Shown here in pieces: positions 13,690 through 27,500 of a stretch of 64,000 nucleotides of DNA. Under the pieces are notes generated by a model that was given only the letters and a program-made list of their open reading frames with translations, did not search any database and was not told the origin of the DNA. Location: the NCBI RefSeq assembly GCF_001194135.2, contig NC_068995.1, positions 54,005,811-54,069,810 on the forward strand, written 5' to 3'. Each line of letters opens with the position of its first letter. Position 1 is the first letter of the stretch. Both the position numbers and the translations under genes were made by a program. Origin of the DNA: Octopus bimaculoides. Taxonomy: Eukaryota.

Positions 13690-14108
13690 CTAAGGTCACA
13701 GATTTAAAAAGACATTTAGGACAACTGGATCGATGGAGGAAAGGAGAATTGTAGAACGAAAGCATAAAAATGTTGGAAAGAACATATAGAATAAGTGATA
13801 AACGTTATGATGTGATATTGGAAGAATTGAAACAGAATAGTTGCAATCATAGCAAAACTGGAAGGATATGGCAATAGAAAAAAAAATCAGTTCAGGCAAA
13901 GACAGATTGTTTGAAACAAATCAGAAAAGAATTGTTTCAGGAAGTGGATGGGTAAATGCTACCAGATGCAAAAGAAAGCAAGGCATTCTGGAGAGGGATC
14001 TGGGAACAACCTGTAGAGCATAATGATGAAACGGAGCGGCTGCATGAGATCCAAGTTAGATTAAAACATATAGAAAGGGTTACAAAGCAGTTAAGAAAAT
14101 TCCCAAAT
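13690..14108 (+). mobile_element. R4/Dong-like LINE, internal fragment just N-terminal to the RT domain
   Basis: Translation DLKRHLGQLDRWRKGEL...ILEELKQ / RLFETNQK / PDAKESKAFWRGIWEQPVEHNDETERLHEI...VTKQLRKFPN is the characteristic R4-clade PD..ES..FW..IW..PVEHN..A.WL block that precedes WKAPGPD. Confidence 0.85.
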
Positions 14109-14110
14109 CA

Positions 14111-14169
14111 TTATTCAGGTCACAGCCTGGAATCGAACTCGGAATCTTGGATTAGTAGCCCGCGCTCTA
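14111..14169 (-). mobile_element. Short tRNA-derived SINE, left arm of a head-to-head pair
   Basis: Reverse complement of the right-arm copy: ttattcaggtcacagcctggaatcgaactcggaatcttggattagtagcccgcgctcta. Confidence 0.8.
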
Positions 14170-14178
14170 GCCCCTATA

Positions 14179-14242
14179 TGGCGTAGTGGTTAAGGGCGCG
14201 GACTACTAACCCGAAGATTTCGAGATCGATTGCAAGCAGTGA

Positions 14243-14299
<57 letters not shown>

Positions 14300-14300
14300 G
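14179..14300 (+). mobile_element. Short tRNA-derived SINE with (AAT)n tail
   Basis: A-box tggcgtagtggttaag, B-box-like tcgagatcgattgc, and an end in gtgacctg followed by (AAT)n. Confidence 0.8.
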
Positions 14301-14896
14301 CAACATTATGAATGCCATCAATGTCGCGACCACCATCACTACCATAGCCCAGTACCACTATTATCTTTCTCCTCTAACTTTTCCATATATGAAGATAATC
14401 ATTATGATTATCCTACCATTACCACCCTAACAACCTTCACCGTCACCGGCTCCACCACTGCCACCATTATCAGCGTTATTATATTCGTCATTGTCATCAA
14501 CAGCGGCAGCAGCAATATCAGCAGCTTCACCAGCATTATCATCATTGTTGACATCGATTACATTAATCACAACTAATTTCTACCTAGCAATCACGTCAAA
14601 CCTCGTTCGATCTTTACAAATATAACACATTTTTGTTTAACTTATTTGTTTTTCAATTTTGTAATTTCTGTTGTTTTTTTTGATTTCGACAATTTATATT
14701 CTATTGTATTAATCTTTGTTTAATTTAATTTACTTTATTTCTATCCCAGCAAGATTTAGTTAATCTTCGACTCTGATTGTCATGAAATGACATTTTATTT
14801 CTTTATTTATTTAATTATCCACTCATACACATACATACATATATAAATATACAAGTATGCATGCATTCATATATGCAAACATATACATGCAAATAT

Positions 14897-14945
<49 letters not shown>

Positions 14946-15687
14946 NNNNNNNNNNNNNNNNNNNNNNNNNNNNNNNNNNNNNNNNNNNNNNNNNNNNNNN
15001 NNNNNNNNNNNNNNNNNNNNNNNTATATATATGTATATATGTATGTATGTATGTATGTATATGTATGTATGTATGTATATGTATATGTATGTATGTTTGT
15101 ATATATATATATGTATATATGTATGTATGTATGTATGTATATGTATATGTTTGTATGTTTGTATGTATATGGCTTTTTCTTTAAAATGATTTTATACTTT
15201 GAAAGAGATGTTAAGTTAATTAAAATTTGTTTAATCAGGTTTATATTTTAGCATGATCGATTTTGTTTTCGTTTATTTATGTTATTTATATGTGTATTTA
15301 TTGATTTATTTTCATTTTCTTTTACCTGTCAGCAATTGAAAAATAGAATTACTAACGATTGCGTTTCATTTGTTATTTCAAGTTTCTTCGTTTTTCTGTC
15401 ACCATCTTTTTTTTTGATGGCAGAATTAGTAGCGAGAGACGAACAACTATGGTGATGCACTTTTGTGTTCTGTTTTCGAAAACCACTGCTAGCGAAATTT
15501 GCCTTTTAATTTTTCAGTCGAAAACGCCTGTTACTAAACAACTCCCAATATTCTGCCATGCGCACCAACTATGCGGTTGAACACGAATTGCTGGAAATCA
15601 TTAACAAGATAATTATACTTTCTAGGGCATATCTAAGATCAGCAACTGCTCATTTTGTAGCCATATTTTACATTTATTTGTGTTATA

Positions 15688-15880
15688 TGTAGTAGGATTT
15701 GCTGAAAAGTTCCTGGGTATAAGAGTATCGCGAGAGGCCTGGCTGGAGGCCCAACCTTCTCACTTCTTTTGGAAGGCTTAGAAAAACTGAAGTGTCCCTG
15801 CAATAAGTGTGCGAATCATGAATAAAATCATGATTAAATGATCTTCTTATTTTCTTGAGAGCAGCCCCTCGCCCTCGCAT
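15688..15880 (+). mobile_element. Mariner-derived non-autonomous element (MITE), degraded
   Basis: Left TIR remnant gctgaaaagttcctgg and right remnant gcagcccctcg. The internal EGLEKLKCPCNKCA matches the mariner transposase C-terminus (G.EKL..RW.KC). Confidence 0.7.
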
Positions 15881-16686
15881 GATAATCTCCGACGTCTTCC
15901 CCCCTGGTTCGCATACAAACACACACGCGCATGCGAACACATATATAGGCAAGTATTACAGAAGCATCAAACAATATATAAACCTAAATATATTTGTCGC
16001 ATCATTATTGGAGACAATTCGGTATCGAACCTGATGGAGATGTGTTGGCTATTATCTTAAGTGCGCAAGACTACAGTGAATGGTCTCTTCCGATATGGCC
16101 TTATACACAAATAAAATCATAAACTTCCTCTCAGCATTCTTAAAAGCTACTGCACAAATACTGTAGAAACTTAGTCCAAAAACAAGAGAACTAAATTACT
16201 GCCACCAAAAGCACTGTTTCCGATCGCAACAGAACACCATTTAACATGAAATAATTACAACCAAGCATTGCATTCAACTATCAAAGAAGGCATACTTACA
16301 TAGACGCCAAACGTAGATATATATATACTTATAAGAATTAAAAGACAAGACATCTACTCAACATACACGGCAAACATAGGAGATATCATAAAGAAAGTAA
16401 ATCGACACACAGACATAATTAGAACATTCACATGTACTGTTAACAAACAGAAAGCAAGACGATAATGACCCTAGGTTTAATTGGTAACGTTTTTGAGACT
16501 AGGATTACTAAAGACAGCGTAGCATTAGCAACAGACATACATACATAGACTTTCTAATAACAACAGTGCTTATAATGCCAGACATTGCTAACTAGATTGC
16601 TGTAAAGTTGGAACACACAGACATACAAGTACACGCGCACGCACACACAGACACACACAAACACACTCACACAGACACACACATAC

Positions 16687-16741
<55 letters not shown>

Positions 16742-17437
16742 NNNNNNNNNNNNNNNNNNNNNNNNNNNNNNNNNNNNNNNNNNNNNNNNNNNNNNNNNNN
16801 NNNNNNNNNNNNNNNNNNNNNNNNNNNNNNNNNNNNNNNNNNNNNNNNNNNNNNNNNNNNNNNNNNNNNNNNNNNNNNNNNNNNNNNNNNNNNNNNNNNN
16901 NNNNNNNNNNNNNNNNNNNNNNNNNNNNNNNNNNNNNNNNNNNNNNNNNNNNNNNNNNNNNNNNNNNNNNNNNNNNNNNNNNNNNNNNNNNNNNNNNNNN
17001 NNNNNNNNNNNNNNNNNNNNNNNNNNNNNNNNNNNNNNNNNNNNNNNNNNNNNNNNNNNNNNNNNNNNNNNNNNNNNNNNNNNNNNNNNNNNNNNNNNNN
17101 NNNNNNNNNNNNNNNNNNNNNNNNNNNNNNNNNNNNNNNNNNNNNNNNNNNNNNNNNNNNNNNNNNNNNNNNNNNNNNNNNNNNNNNNNNNNNNNNNNNN
17201 NNNNNNNNNNNNNNNNNNNNNNNNNNNNNNNNNNNNNNNNNNNNNNNNNNNNNNNNNNNNNNNNNNNNNNNNNNNNNNNNNNNNNNNNNNNNNNNNNNNN
17301 NNNNNNNNNNNNNNNNNNNNNNNNNNNNNNNNNNNNNNNNNNNNNNNNNNNNNNNNNNNNNNNNNNNNNNNNNNNNNNNNNNNNNNNNNNNNNNNNNNNN
17401 NNNNNNNNNNNNNNNNNNNNNNNNNNNNNNNNNNNNN

Positions 17438-17477
<40 letters not shown>

Positions 17478-17482
17478 ACTAT

Positions 17483-17545
17483 ATGGCGTAGCTGCGGGTG
17501 TGATAAGAAGCTTCCTTCCCAATCGCAGGGTTCGGAGTTGAGTTC
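17483..17545 (+). mobile_element. SINE head fragment (second family)
   Basis: ggcgtagctgcgggtgtgataagaagcttccttcccaatcgcagggttcggagttgagttcc. Confidence 0.65.
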
Positions 17546-18099
17546 CATCAAAAATATCGAACTCAAGGCAAAATGGGGTTTCACATTCATGGAATCAATA
17601 AAGTTTAACAGAACATTGGTTTTAGTCATGGGATACACTGTAAATGCATTAGAAAAATGTCCAACCGATAATATTAAATCACGGACACACGTGCGTGCGA
17701 GCACACACACATATGTGTATATAGCTCTGCATACCTATATTTTCTGTATGTATGTTTATATGTATGTATGTAGTCCGTACATATATGTATGTTTATATGT
17801 ATGTTTATATGTACGTATGTATGTATGGCATGTATGTATGTATGCATGTATGTATGTATTATCAGAAATGAATGTTTCTCTGAAATATAATTTGGTTCTA
17901 ACTGTTTCCATTTTGTTTGATTCTTGACCCATTACGTACACCGCTGAATTCTTCAGGAATTTGCAATAAGTTTAGTAAAACTAGTAGAAACTCTTCGTCA
18001 CGTAAGACGACCTAAACTGTACGCCATTTCAAAAGCGCAGCTGGAAAATATTTTTCCAATGTGTAAATATTTATGACTTTGCTAAAACTGTACATTTCG

Positions 18100-19000
18100 A
18101 TGTAGAGAAATATGCCACAGAATTTTCAATCTAAGCAGACTGATCAAGTTAGTAAACACAGACAACGAAGCAATAATTCAATAAAAGAATTGGGAATTGA
18201 AATAGTGAATAATTACTTGGGAATGAATAAATGCAAACAAATAAATATTAAAATGAAAGTTTATCCAATTGTAATATGTATAATATGTATATCAAAAACA
18301 AAGATAATCGGAAAAAGCGAAATTAATTCAAAACGTAAGATGAAAGCAACAAACTCTGCAGCAGTTCTAGAATAAGTTAAAAGCTGAATGCGCTAAACTA
18401 GACATTCCGTATGATATTAATAAAATAGACAGGAAATAAAAAAAGTAGATTATTTACATTATATCACATAAAAGCGGAGATGCATTGCATTAATATATTT
18501 GACAGAACGAGAGCAGAATCAATTTGGAAACTAGAAATGGTGTATGAAGATTGTATAGATATAACACACATTTTTATCCAGCAAAATAGGACACCCTATT
18601 CGAAACAGGTGCAAGGCATGATCAAATCTAACTTGTGTATGTAATGCAATAAGATAGGCATAGTTAGCAGAATAGGGGCACGAAACCATACAGTTTCTAC
18701 AGAGTCGCACATTAACAACTTTACTGAAAGCAAAATTACTTCGTAAAGGATGGAAATACAACAATGACTTTAAAAAATTTAACAAGCTGTCAAAGGCAGA
18801 ATAGGCAAGAGTGTTAACAAAGAATGGGAACTGTATCACTTACGTAGACAATTCTTCAATTCTTTAAACGATTGAATAAATCTCATGCCGACAAAACCCG
18901 ATCTATACCTTGCTTCCAAGGGATTTGGTTAAAAGAAGAAATTGAAGTTTTGACACATCAAGTTGGCAAATAATGAATAAATACTGAAAGAAAATAAAAA
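18100..19000 (+). mobile_element. Heavily decayed R4/Dong-like RT C-terminal and thumb region
   Basis: Remnant motifs NNYLGMN, KSEINSKRKMKATNSAAVL (cf. KSELNSKNKI.AINS.AVP), KIDRK and YHLRRQF, interrupted by many stops. Confidence 0.5.
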
Positions 19001-21421
19001 GCATCAATGCCCAAATATGAGTTCTATTTCATTAGAATTATCGGTTAGGTTTTATAATGTAATTCTTCTGAACGTAAAGGGACATAAAACATAGACATTT
19101 CTTAAAAAATTACCAATTAACTCATTCACTACATTCTATAATATTCATAGCGCATTATATAACACATTTTTTTTATTGCTAAAGAGGAGAGACAAATCTC
19201 GAATCGATCATCTTTGATCTCAGATTATCGTGACAAATTAAATATTTATAAAAGTACAGGTAATTATATAGAACAAATAAAGGATTTGAATAAATCACAC
19301 TGAATGCACATATATGTGTGTGTCTATATATATATATAAATATATGTATATTTAAATATATATATATATATATACGTATANNNNNNNNNNNNNNNNNNNN
19401 NNNNNNNNNNNNNNNNNNNNNNNNNNNNNNNNNNNNNNNNNNNNNNNNNNNNNNNNNNNNNNNNNNNNNNNNNNNNNNNNNNNNNNNNNATATATATATA
19501 TATATATATACGTATACATATACATGCGCATATGTGCACAATTACTATTCCGTCAGTGACAGAAACAATAAAATCTCGATTTAAGTTATGCAAACAAAGT
19601 GATAGCAAAATTGCCTACTACATTGGACGACATATTGGGGAAATTATTATTTAATATAATTATGTTCTTTATAAATGAGTAACTCTTTCATTGGTCACAA
19701 TTCAAGTTATAAAGACTATGATGTAGTAATGAGAACTCTATTATGGCTCACATAATAGAGTGAGGGTGAGACTGTTAAAGCGATATATGTTTGATATCCA
19801 AAGGATATATTTCACTTAACGAACATCAATCTCAGTCTCTTAAAAGAAATTCCAGAAAAAAATTATGTAATAAAATCTACTATGAAGACCAGCGTAAACA
19901 TATTCTTAGTAATGCAGTGGTACGTTGCCCGATTATACTGATATTCGAATTGTTGCCGATGTTTTTGTTTAACTACGAAACAAATCTTATCCTATTGCGG
20001 TAAGATTGAAGATTTTTTCCAACCAAGTCTTCCCCGTTGTTTTACTATTTCAGTCATCGGGTATCATATGTGCAATGTACGTTTCGTGTTTTTGAAAGTT
20101 GCTTTTATTTATTTCAATGGTAATAAACCGATTTTATACGCTATAGAAACACGAAAGTATCATGATTGAGAAATCGATTTTAACGTGAGATTTAGCTATT
20201 ATTTCGTGATGGTTTAGCGAACTTATAGATGAAACCGATTTAGACCAAATTCTTGCAGCTATTCTCAATAGGTTCAGTGACAACATAAATGTGTATATTT
20301 GGCATATATTTTGATTGAGTCACCATACATTTCGTATGGAAATATGATTTATGAGTAGCTGTTTTATTTACGATGATCTTCGCCTATTTAGATTCTTATA
20401 GCAATGATATTTTAGCCACCGAAAGAGTGGTAAATAATGAATAGGGCTAATATATCACATTGAAATGTCCATGATCGACAACACATGATGAATGGGGTTC
20501 CATTTATGAATATCTAGTCTTGACGTACAGCAGGGATTAGATATGTACTTTCATTCTTGAAAATATGATACAAATGTAAAGTAAATTTGTCAGCTATTTC
20601 TAACTATTATATCAACTGTATAGCAGTGAATTCACTAGCCCATCTGAAGATGTATATTATATTTTATGAGAGGTAATGTCTAATATTCTAACAGGAAACT
20701 TAAGCGTTTTTTTTCTATTAAACTACCACCTTAGCTATAATATTTTTTTCTTACTGTCGCTGCACACTAATATATACATATATTCTCATTTCAAGATATG
20801 TATTGATGTTCTCTACTTGCTTGCTCATTCATGACGCGTGGGAGTTCTGATGGAATGTATTTCAAATGAATTTTTTTCGATTAAGATAAGTCGCAGAGGT
20901 TAATCCGTGCTTTATCTCAAGCATGACTGTTTCAATATATTTCCAAGAAAATAAAATTAAACATATTTCTCTCTATATATATTAAATTTAATAATCCATA
21001 GACTGGTTTGTTTGCTTTCTTAAAAAATGATATTGATTTTTTTTTTCAATTTTGTATCATATTCAAGCCAGTAGAAAACAACTTAAAAATGTGATCCGAA
21101 TAGAGCTATGTTAGCCAGGGGAAAAATATAAAATGCAATACGAATAGCTCTGCCAGACTAATTCAAGCCACACTCCTCATGCACAAGCTCTCAGAGGTTT
21201 CAAATGAAAACACAATTCGATTCCAATTCATTTAAAGGCAACATGTCGAATTAAAACACTACATTTTTATCGGGGAAATCAAAACAAAAACATGAAAGTA
21301 CTGATAAATTTTTCTACACATGTCTCTAAATACGTATTTATACCGCCCCCAAACACATCTAATTCATAAAATATGCCACTTATTTATTCACACTTTTGTG
21401 TTCTACAAGGAAGCAAAATTG

Positions 21422-21496
<75 letters not shown>

Positions 21497-21555
21497 ATAT
21501 ATATATGTATATATGTGTGTGTCTCTGTGTGTGTATATATATGTGTGTGTATATG

Positions 21556-21590
<35 letters not shown>

Positions 21591-22961
21591 CTATTATGTT
21601 AAAATGTCGTTTGTCCAAATTTGGACAAACGACAGTAACTTCAATGTTTTTTCAATATTTATTTGTGCTTGCAATAACCAATTCTTTTGGCCGAAATATA
21701 CTAACTCCAGCTGCTTCAAATGCCAAGATATCAAAATTTGTCGAATTTCAGTACAACGATTTTGCTATAGAATGGCGAAACTATTATTCCGTTTTCTGAT
21801 AAAGCAATGTTTTAGCCTGAACACGCACATGAATAATAACAACGATATATATATATATATATATATATTGATGATGGTGATGCTGCTTGCTGTTGAAAAG
21901 GAAGGCAGTGTGATAATATAAAATCTACATAGAAAAATTAATATTTGGAATTCTGAAATGCAAGTGGTGATGAATGTAAGTAGAATATGCCAATATACTT
22001 AAATTTCCAAGTTATACACACACACACACACACACACAAACGCATATACGTACGTGCATACATACATATACACACATATACATACGTGTATGTATTTATA
22101 TAATACATGTAATATATTTTCAATTGAATTGATGTATATGTCATTAAAAATTTATTCAACTCACAGACAATAATTTGGCACTAATAGCAACATAGAACAC
22201 ACTGCCATTAGCAATAAACTGAATTAATATTTTATAGAAACACGAATGTCTCATGATTAAACTTCACTATTTTTCAAATGAAACGTGCAAGCTTGGTTAA
22301 TTCAAATAATTGACAAAAACTACAATGACAAAAAGTATCTCAGTATCTCCTTTTGATATAGTCGCCTTTGTTGTTACCATTAACTCTATAGTACTTTCAC
22401 CCCTTTTGGTCGACAAATGCATTACTATAAAATTATGAGATATGGGTCATTTGTAAATATTCAATTCTTGTTGTTGGTTGATGTTAGAAAAAAAAAGCCT
22501 TTGTTGTTGTCACTGTCCAAACTGTGGTCTCACAACATGAAGCAGAACAAAATTTAGGTCTGATATAGTTTATTTTATCGTTTTACTTAATGATCACGAT
22601 GTTTTAAAATTTTATGCTTCCATTTTATAGAAACTAATGTTTTCTAGATCAGAACATGAAATATTTTATAAGGTTAAATCTGAATAGTATGGCAATTCAG
22701 ATATGTTATTGGAAACTATAAAAATATGTGGATGCAGATTTTGTGATTAAGATATTGAAATCTCTATGGTTATGTGTTCGATGGTACTGCGCAGCGCATA
22801 GAAAGAAGTGTATCCTTCGCAGCCTCATATTTAACTCAATTTCATTTCGTAATCTATTTCTCTTTTACAGTATGTATAGATTTTTGCATTTATATTTAGA
22901 TATTAATATTGCTTCCTATAATCTTTATATATATATATATATGGATAATACTATTTTAATC

Positions 22962-23150
22962 TAAGATGGATGGCTGTCCGAATTGTTAGCACGTCGCACA
23001 ATATCACTCAACAGCGTCTCATCCTGATCTTTACTTTCCGAATTCAAATTCCACCAACATCGGAGTCGATAAAAAGAAAGTACCAATCAAGTAAGTACTG
23101 TAGTCGATGTAATTGACTTCTCCCCTACCTAGAACCCTACACTGGATCAG
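22962..23150 (+). mobile_element. Decayed tRNA-derived SINE
   Basis: gatggctgtccgaattgttagcacgtcg...aattcaaattccacc...ggagtcgataaaaagaaagtacca...gtcgatgtaattgacttctcccct. Confidence 0.75.
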
Positions 23151-23501
23151 AGACACGGCCAAGAGAATACCCATTTATGTGTTTTACAACTCAAGAAAAA
23201 TAACAAAATTATAAAGCAATACTTTTCTATGCATTTTCGTTTCTTTAATAAAATTGCACAAAGAAATAACGGATGAGATAAAGAACATGTACTAATAGCA
23301 AAATATTAATCTTAATTCAATGCACAGATAGAATACACACAAAATAAAAAGAGAAAAATCTTGTTTCTTGCATATAATCAACTCGAATTACATGACGTTG
23401 GTGATTTTATTTTTTACCAAGTGGAATAAAACTAGTTGTTTATTTTCTTTTTTTTTAATCTCATTTAGAATTATTCACAGCGAAAAGATCCCTAGCCAAA
23501 G

Positions 23502-23890
23502 ATGACTGCTGAAATTACTGAGTCAGAAAAGGGTCGTAAGACGTTGGTTGATAATGGACATACATGCTATAAGAATGGGGGAAATGGTGACGTATTTATT
23601 GGAAGTGCGAAAAATATCCAAAAACAATATAATTGCTCGCATAATTACTGTAAAGGATGAAATTGTGAAATCTTCCACCGACCATAATCATATATTAGAC
23701 GGCGCGATTGCAGCAAAAGAAGCCCTTTCAAAAATACGTCAACTGGCTAAGTCAACACAAGATGCACCCGCTCAGTTGTATCTGGTGTTCTCGATGATTG
23801 CGATCAAGCTGTTGCCTCCAAACTGCTAAAATTGCAAAGTACTAAGAGAACAATAATATCTATAAAGCATCATCCAAATTCGAAAATATC
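23502..23890 (+). pseudogene. FLYWCH zinc-finger / MULE (Mutator-like) transposase N-terminal remnant
   Basis: Joining frames across frameshifts gives MTAEITESEKGRKTLVDNGHTCYKN.. / YWKCEKY / IARIITVKDEIVKSSTDHNH ILDGAIAAKEALSKIRQLAKSTQDAPAQ. This is the FLYWCH pattern S.KG..L..DG..Y...YW.C...C.AR..T...HNH. Confidence 0.75.
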
Positions 23891-24239
23891 AATTATCAGA
23901 AGTGTCCCAGTCATAGCCATTCTGTCTTTTTTTTTTGGGGGGGGGGGTATAGACTACATTAAAGAAATGTGTCCTTAATTCCTGAGGGTGCAATTGTGAG
24001 ATTTGAAGGAAAATGGCTGCCATTTGTAAAATGCTACATCGTAACTTCACTGGATCACTCATTCGAAATATATCTATGAAGCCAAATTTGAGAACGGCAG
24101 CTCGGAATTTGATGCTGGTTCTTTATTAACAAGTAGCAATATTTCTTTTATGTCTTCCGCTCCTGGGTAAATTTAGCAGTTAAAATCGAATGATCTGCTT
24201 AAAAGTTTTGAGAAGAGTAAAGTTTTACACATATACTAA

Positions 24240-24540
24240 CTTTCAGAAACTGTTTTCAGAGCTTACACTGTCTTCACTCAGTAGAGCATCAGTTGCTTCA
24301 TTTAGCTAATATCTTGGATAGTGCATTCGTGGAGAAATTTCGAAGTTTAATGCCTTTACAGGATTTATTGTGTGTATGAGTATTATCTCTTTCCGAAATT
24401 TATCGATCATTCTCTCTCCGTTATTTTGGCAGATATAATCTTTAGCAATACTTGTCTTATGTTCTATTTAAAGTTAATATAGGACATTGCCAGGATGAAC
24501 GTAACCCTCCGGCGAATAAAGATGTCAAACAAACTATTTT
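24240..24540 (-). mobile_element. Possible decayed RTE/CR1-like RT fragment
   Basis: Minus-strand KVLLKIISAKI...NFGKR resembles SKILLKII..R...GFRKG of RT domains 2-3. It is very degenerate. Confidence 0.35.
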
Positions 24541-27500
24541 ACTGCATCCAAAGATGTCAGTTACATGCGAGAGTTAATCTCCATATATATTTCTACTAGT
24601 CGTAGTCGTCGTTGTTAAGTAAAGAGACATATGAATCAAGGAAACATAATGTGCACACTGCAGGTTTACTATAGCAGCTATGCTCTGGCTGTAACATGTA
24701 CTGTGACAAACCAAAAGATCAAGAACGGCATCAGTGAATGTAAGTAACGCAAACATGTAATATATTGAGGTGAATAATTCGTATTAAATGAGTTTATCAG
24801 TATCATTTTCAAACGAAATAATAAAATTGTGTTCCTACCACGTGTTTGCATCGCGAATTGACTGTTTTCACTTGGTTGAAATTATTAAAGCAATTGGTAG
24901 TCAATCAGTTATAAACACAACTAGAAAGTAGTGGTTATAAGAGAAAGCAAAATGCAACGAAAATACCTCTAATATCAGCCAAATAATTTTCTTCAGTTAT
25001 AAAATCGAATAGAAGTACACCTTATCTTTAAAGCTAAATTGTAAACGCAATATACGTGTCCTAGTTTTACAGCAAAGCATATTCGACGCAACTGGCATTA
25101 AGAAAAGAAACAATTTGGAAGGACTATGAGTAACATGGATAATAGGTTTTCTTAAATAAAGTGTCTGAGGAATCGTCATGCATATTGCATATATATAGGT
25201 TAAGATCTGACACGTAATATAGTGTGCTTAAAAACTTCGTTTATTCAAAGACTTTCATATAACCCTGTACTGTTTATTCCAAAATCTGGTGAACAGAAAA
25301 TTGTTGGCCGTTCCGAAACAACAATGTACCTTCGTATACAATCGACAAATTAATGTCATTTGGTAACAGGCCAAAAATATTGTGGCCTATCGTAAACGAT
25401 GGAACGGTTTTGTTATCGAATGTAAAGAGACAATAGATGGGAATTAAATGTTAAATAAACAATACTCTTGTGTGGTGTGTACTTGGCAGCAATAACAAAG
25501 AACTATCGGAAATATCTATACACAGTTAACGCTAGCGGTGGTCTGAATCAATACAACACAAATATAAAGTTTATGCAATATTTAATTATATTCGTTAAGA
25601 GTAATCAAATAAGTACTTGTAGCGATATGAACAACGAGGCTGATGGGAAATACCTCAGAGAAACTTCCTGCATGATATATATACAAAAGTCTTATATGGG
25701 TAATGAGTGGGGATATGATTAAGAAACTTTCGATTTTAAAATTGTTCTAGAAGTCTTTACATCAGAAACCGTGTGTTGAAACCAATCTTGTTTATTTTGG
25801 ATAAACCCTAATTGATATATTTTATAAGCATACCAATTGTTTGCCAATTTTTCAAAGTGTTCTCGAAAAAGGCAAAATATGTTATTGGTGAGTGTTTTCT
25901 TTAAGAAAAAATCGAATGAATAATAGAAGAAATGTTTTGAGTGTGTGTATGAGATTAATCAGCTACAATCCATCCCAGATATAACGAAAAATAAGTTTGA
26001 AGTGCAAATACAAGATATGTTGTAGCGTCTCAAATCAACAAGCAAGCGAGACAGTTACAGTTATATCATCTAATCCTTGGAAAATAATTGCAATAGTGTT
26101 AAGAGTAGAGCTTCACTAAAGTAATCGAATCTTGAGTGAAGCATACAGCCATGTCTACATTCGAAGCTCAGTTTCTGTCAATAATGCGTATTCTACAACT
26201 TTTTATTAATGAAAGCCTGAAATGTATTCTTTGATCCCATACTTAAAACGACAAACATGCACAAAATAAAACCAATGTTATAAGATTACCACGTATAACA
26301 GAAGATAGCGTAGAAGCAACACATTATTCGAAATTGATTATAATATGTTTGTCAATCAACTTTGTGTATATCGACTTCATGAACTGTTTCTCAGCGGCAG
26401 TAGAATATGTATCAGTCCCTTTCAGGAATACATCTAATCAGCTATATACCTTTAGAATGTAAGATGTCCCACAATTATTCCACAATGTTCAATATGTGAT
26501 CATTAATCTTAAGAAATGTAAAGTACAGACGTCAATATTCTATAGTATTTTGTTGGGTGTCTCATACCTCTATCTTCAAAACAACTACTAGTATCAAATC
26601 TTCCTTTCATTCGTACGGTGAAATATAATAGTTAGCTGGTAATTCGATTTATTATACCATGTCCCTTAGATACAAAGTACTACTTGGTTCATCAAAGGCC
26701 GTTTCAAATTTTAACACATGTTCGATCTGATGTAGCAGTTGAACTACTTTCAAACAACATTTTCAAGTTTGTTTCCGGAAACAAAAATATCCCATTAAAA
26801 AGCATACCAAATGAATAATCTTTAAAGCTATATATCATATTATTACGGAAAAAAAAAGAACTTTCTTAGTTTCGTTTCATCAGCCATTTCGATAGATTTT
26901 GATGCAATTTCTAAGGATTTTCGAAAAGTGAGAAATAAATGCATTTCATATATCTTCCAGTCAGCCGGATGCCTATACTAGAGGTGAATCGAAATATAAC
27001 CATTTGAGGAGATATAGGCTAGCTGATAGCGATTTGTAGGATATAGAACCTGCAGTCAAAAATCAATATACTGTATTTTACCAGAGATAAGATGCTAGAG
27101 CTTTGCCAAATCTTTCGCTACAAACATGTTAGATGCATAAGTAATTTATAGAATTAGAACGAATGTATCGGGATGGATAATAATGATGGATTTGATAATC
27201 ATTAAGTATATAATTAAATAATAAAAACCTCAATATCAACAACAAAAAGAATATCAGTAATAACAATGATGATGATAATGATAATCCTATTATTTCTTTA
27301 ATAATATTTATTTGTCATTTATTTAGATTTCAAATTCTATTACTCTCTACACTTCCATTACGATTTACTCTTGCTATCAATGTTGCTGTGTTGTCTTAAG
27401 TCAGCTGGGATCGAGCATGTCTAAGAACAAAGCTACTCCTTCGTTTGTTTAAGATACCAAAGTATAAATTTAAGGGTATTGTGATGCTATGTTTAAGTGA

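Noticed and set aside
14179-14251. tRNA-like gene with A and B boxes
   Set aside because: No cloverleaf or acceptor stem. It has an (AAT)n tail and a second diverged copy, so it is a SINE.
16554-17927. Long ORFs of 322-439 aa (likewise near 32155, 34927, 37302, 50241, 53252 and 60320)
   Set aside because: They are open only because of N-runs and dinucleotide or trinucleotide repeats (YIYI, HTHT, VCVC).
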